The position numbers and the translations under genes were made by a program. Of a stretch of 26,580 bases of DNA, positions 23,085 to 26,580 are shown piece by piece (position 1 is the first letter of the stretch; each line of letters opens with the position of its first letter). The notes under the pieces are model-generated. The model was not told where the DNA came from. It made no database searches and worked only from the letters and a program-made list of their open reading frames with translations. The stretch covers positions 4,696-31,275 of the forward strand of contig JAAOMT010000635.1 of the NCBI GenBank assembly GCA_016748015.1, in the 5' to 3' direction. This stretch comes from Geosiphon pyriformis uo1. Taxonomy: Eukaryota > Fungi > Glomeromycota.

Positions 23085-23479
23085 CTACTTATGAATCCAA
23101 ATTTTTGTATCTTTCTAGCTGTGATCCCTAATTCTTCCCTGTTTTTTACTGATACTAATTGGGCTATTTTAACCAGAGACAGGAATATTGCCTGTGCTAT
23201 TTTTTTGTTTGAATCTATAATATATGTCTTTTTTGAGTTATTTTGTAGCATTGCAATAATATTTCCTACATATCCTGCATTAATTATTTCTTCTCTGATG
23301 TTGATTCTCTTTTTCACTAAACTACTCCTGGATGTTAGTTGAATCATGATTGTTGCTAAAATTTCCAGTGCTATTTTGAGATCAATGCAGATGTGCAAAT
23401 GGGGTTCCAATTTAATGAGATCTTTTTTTGAATATCTCAAATCAAACCCTGCATTAGTATCATGCACATGTTCTGGCAT
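23085..23479 (-). pseudogene. Retroelement-encoded dUTPase domain (trimeric type), degenerate
   Basis: All five motifs are in order: AGFDL (I), SRSS (II), EEIINAGYVG from GGIIDAGYVG (III), KIAQ (IV) and RKIQKFGF from RGxxGFGS (V). Confidence 0.9.
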
Positions 23480-23549
23480 AATATTCTCATTATTATCACT
23501 GAACTATTTCAGTTCCTGTTCTTTGATAAGGTCAAGAAGTGCAATGTAT

Positions 23550-23660
23550 AAGTTGCCTGGTGATGATACTGCCAGCTAACCCATTATTTAGGATCAGTTT
23601 TATGGCCTGACTATCGACTTTAGCATTAGTGTACATGGCAGTAATGGTTTTTTTCTCAAG
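23550..23660 (-). pseudogene. Aspartic protease N-terminal remnant
   Basis: In AKVDSQAIKLILNNGLAGSIITRQL, the NNG at 23580-23588 corresponds to catalytic DSG after G>A. The sequence then jumps to the pre-dUTPase region. Confidence 0.75.
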
Positions 23661-24254
23661 TGCAACTTTATTAAACAATGGTGTTTGTGATGGTTTTTCA
23701 AATTTGAATGGAAAAATTACTGCTAGCAATTTGTCATTGATTACAGTAGCTGAAGTTATATTGCTGGTAGGTAATTTGTTTTGGTTGGGTTTCCCATTAT
23801 TGGGTGAAGCATCTTCTGGAGTAACCAAAAGACTTAAATAATGTTGGACATTCAAGTTTTGGGTGTATCTGGTGCTCAAATTTCATTGTCAAAATCCTAA
23901 TGGCTGGGTTAAAGAACTGGGGATCAGTTGATAGACTACCATTGATGATCTTCAGCTCTGTTGTGTTAGTCTCAGCCTTTGGGTTCTGTTTTAAGATAAG
24001 TTTTGTGACAGTATTTAAATTTGTTGGGATTGATAGATTACTTGAAACTGCAGCTGATAGATAGGCTGAAACTGTAATTGATAAATTACTAGTGTTATTA
24101 GCTGATAAACTGGTGGTTGATAGATTGGCTGTTGCATTATAAGTAGATAATTTGGTTGATATGGTTCTGGGTTTGATTGATAATTCAGAGTCTAAAATCT
24201 GCAATCAGGGTTTTAATATTAATTTCCCGATTGTTGGTTATCTAGTTTTAACCT

Positions 24255-24707
24255 ACAGTCAATTCTCAAATGTCTTTGTTTACTACAATAGTGGCAAACA
24301 TGTGTCTTCTGCTCCCACTGTTAATTGGTTGAGGACAATGAATATAACTGATTCTGGAAACAATTTGTGGTTCTTTAAGTATTACGTTATTATGGAGGTT
24401 GATAAATTGTTTGATTGTTAGCTAAGTATCTCTCTAATTTTTTATCAATAGAATTACTGAATTGTTTCAGCTTAGAGTTCAATTCAAATAATCTATTCAT
24501 TACTAGATTAATGGTCTGAACATGATTGGCTTTGAGTTTGGCTGCTTCAAAATCTCTGGCATGTATAACTGCGGCTTGGAAGTCTGCTAAATGTATTGGA
24601 CATATGCATTGTAAGAGGCTACTGTATAATTTGCAAATAAACTGATTCAAGATCTGGATTGCAGTAAAGTAATCGACATTAATGGTTTATATTTGGTGCA
24701 GATTTTG
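24255..24707 (-). pseudogene. Gag C-terminal half with CCHC zinc knuckle
   Basis: ILNQFI..L...L..I.P....AAV..ARDFE is a capsid-CTD-like pattern. CHYCSKQRHLRIDC at 24255-24296 matches CX2CX4HX4C. Confidence 0.85.
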
Positions 24708-25105
24708 ATGGGAGCATCTTAAGTAAGATTTTTTATTAAGTCGAACTGAATAAAGGAACTGCTGTTTTGGTAAAGATTTGTAGCTTTAATTAATTCTCTA
24801 AAAATTTATTTTTTACTACTATTTGTCCTCTTATTATAAAAAAGCAATTTTAATCAAAGCATAAAATAGAATTACTTATTTAGAAATAATCTCATTCTCA
24901 ATAATAATATTTCTATCTATCAAATAATGAAACAAAATTAATTCTGAAGCAAAGTATATTTGAAAAGAATTTTTATTTTGATCAGAATAAAAAAACTGCA
25001 ATTATAGAAATTATATTTAAAAATGATATTTATTGTTGCTCATTACAATTTTATAAAAGATTAATAGCATAATGAAATCATCAAAAAAATACTTGGTAAT
25101 TTAAA

Positions 25106-26580
25106 TTAAATGTCTTTTTGTCGTTTCTTTTCTATTTTAATAATACCATCCAAGATTGTATAGTGCATATGTATTTTTCTCTCTGCTGTTTTTGAATAGA
25201 GTTCAAATATTTTTTTTTTATTCTTTATTTTCTTTTCTCTCTTTAGATAGCATGATCTAAGATTTTTTTGTGCATTTATATTATCAGCCTCTGCAGCTTT
25301 TGACCAAAGTTCAAATATTTTAACTCTATCTTGAAAAGTGCTGATTTTATCAAAGTAACAATGGCCCAGAAAAAATTGCCCAAAAGAATCTTCCATATTC
25401 GCTGCTTTCTGAAATTTTATGAATGTTTTTGTTGATTCAATATTTGTTTCAATTTCATGTTTTAAAAAGACAAGTAGAATATAGTGAATGAAACTTTTTT
25501 AATATTGTTATTTAAGCAAACAATAAATTCTCTGAATGTTGTTTTATTGTGTTCAAGATATTTTTTCATCATGTCAACAATTTTTGAATAATTATTAAGC
25601 AGCAAATATTTTTGATGATAATGAATGCTTCTCAAATTCTATCAAGAAATTTATATAATTTATTACTAAAGTCCAAAAGGTTTTCATTATTGAAATTTAG
25701 TTTGCTGAAATTCAAATTACTGGACATTCCCTTGAATTTAATGTTTCTTTGAAAAAAAGAGTCAGATTGTCATTTAATTTTGTTAAGTCGATTAATTATT
25801 TTAATTATATATGGGTGAATTTGTGGTAATATTTCACAACATTCAGTAGGGATGTTTTGAAGTAATTTTTTTGTATTACATTTAGTAATGGGGAATGTCT
25901 ATTTAATAGCTCCCAGAAAAGCATTTCTAATACATATACATCAAATTTTCATCTTGAATATATTCAAGATCCCAAAAACACTGTAGTTCATTATATGCTA
26001 ATTGTTTACAAATCACTGAGACTTTTGCATTAAGTTCTTTCAAATTTTAAGAAGTCCAAAATCCAAGAATTTTATAAAATCATCGTGAATTAGAACATTT
26101 AAAGAATTCTTTATAAAGATTTTAAATATCAAAAAGTTAAAAGATTAAGTGAATTTTAACTTAAATAATAATGTTTTTTGCTTTTTAACTATATTTTTTA
26201 CTTACTAAATTACTATGAATAATAATTTTTTTTATAAAAAGCAGACAATTCTTGGGTTAGCTCTTTTGCAAACTGCAATTTTATTGTGCCATTTATTTCA
26301 GCAAAGTTTGATTTAAGGTATTTTTGTGACACCATAATATTTTCATGATAGCTTAGACTTCTTAAAAATTGCATCTTTATAAAATAAATGTTTATTTTAA
26401 GAGTTATTTTCAATGACAAATATATTTTGAAATTAATAATATAATTGTGTATTTGTACTTCTTTTATAAACTCAAATATATTGTTTTTCATGAATTGTTT
26501 TAACTGTTTCAATGCAAAGTGCAAATTGATATCACCTCTTGTTAACTTGGCACTAAAAACCTTTTCAAATTCACTCTTGC
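25106..26580 (-). pseudogene. TKL-type kinase + linker + Sel1 repeats pseudogene (5' end outside window; introns 26375-26458 and 26109-26205)
   Basis: Reads FALKQL...FIKE, intron GTACAA..AAG, MQFLRSLSYHENI; then IIHSNL, intron GTAAGT..AAG, NSLNVLIH..DFG (26055-26063); then MLFWEL. The linker and FGQFFLGHCY...KAAEADNINAQKNL Sel1 units follow. Confidence 0.87.

Larger units (their letters stand above)
18640..24707 (-). mobile_element. Ty3/gypsy LTR retrotransposon B with dUTPase (gag 3' half, PR remnant, dUTPase, RT, RH, IN, ORF3, putative 3' LTR)
   Basis: Colinear domains on the minus strand. The 5' part of gag and the 5' LTR are absent, and there is an internal deletion within the protease. 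Confidence 0.92.

Noticed and set aside
19566-24421. Plus-strand ORFs (19566, 19764, 21801, 22203, 23040, 23346, 23629, 24152; also 16357)
   Set aside because: Antisense shadows of minus-strand retroelement coding sequence, with no motifs.

Overview
Very AT-rich eukaryotic (fungal) DNA with spliceosomal introns. The gene families present (Sel1-like repeat arrays, TKL-type kinases, Ty3/gypsy elements with dUTPase) point to Glomeromycota. The gag/protease/dUTPase wording resembles Geosiphon-type elements as I remember them, but that is an unverified inference. Essentially everything in the window is a pseudogene riddled with C>T/G>A changes. In order: (1) Sel1-repeat + Cys-rich + kinase pseudogene (1-2342, +); (2) assembly gap (3929-4267); (3) unknown-domain + Sel1-array pseudogene (~5880-8140, +); (4) degenerate IS630/Tc1/mariner-like DDE transposase (10648-12550, +); (5) two diverged, 5'-truncated Ty3/gypsy LTR elements head-to-tail on the minus strand (A ~13537-18590, B ~18640-24707); (6) kinase-Sel1 pseudogene (25106-26580, -). 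The most interesting signal comes from comparing A with B. Both end RT-RNaseH at the same codon and start integrase as a separate, out-of-frame ATG ORF. Both also carry a homologous uncharacterised extra ORF (ITIN..I.Y / YFH[IL]G / RA..LY..F motifs) between integrase and the PPT, and B encodes a dUTPase. This suggests a retroelement lineage with a multi-cistronic gag-PR-dUT-RT-RH / IN / ORF3 layout.
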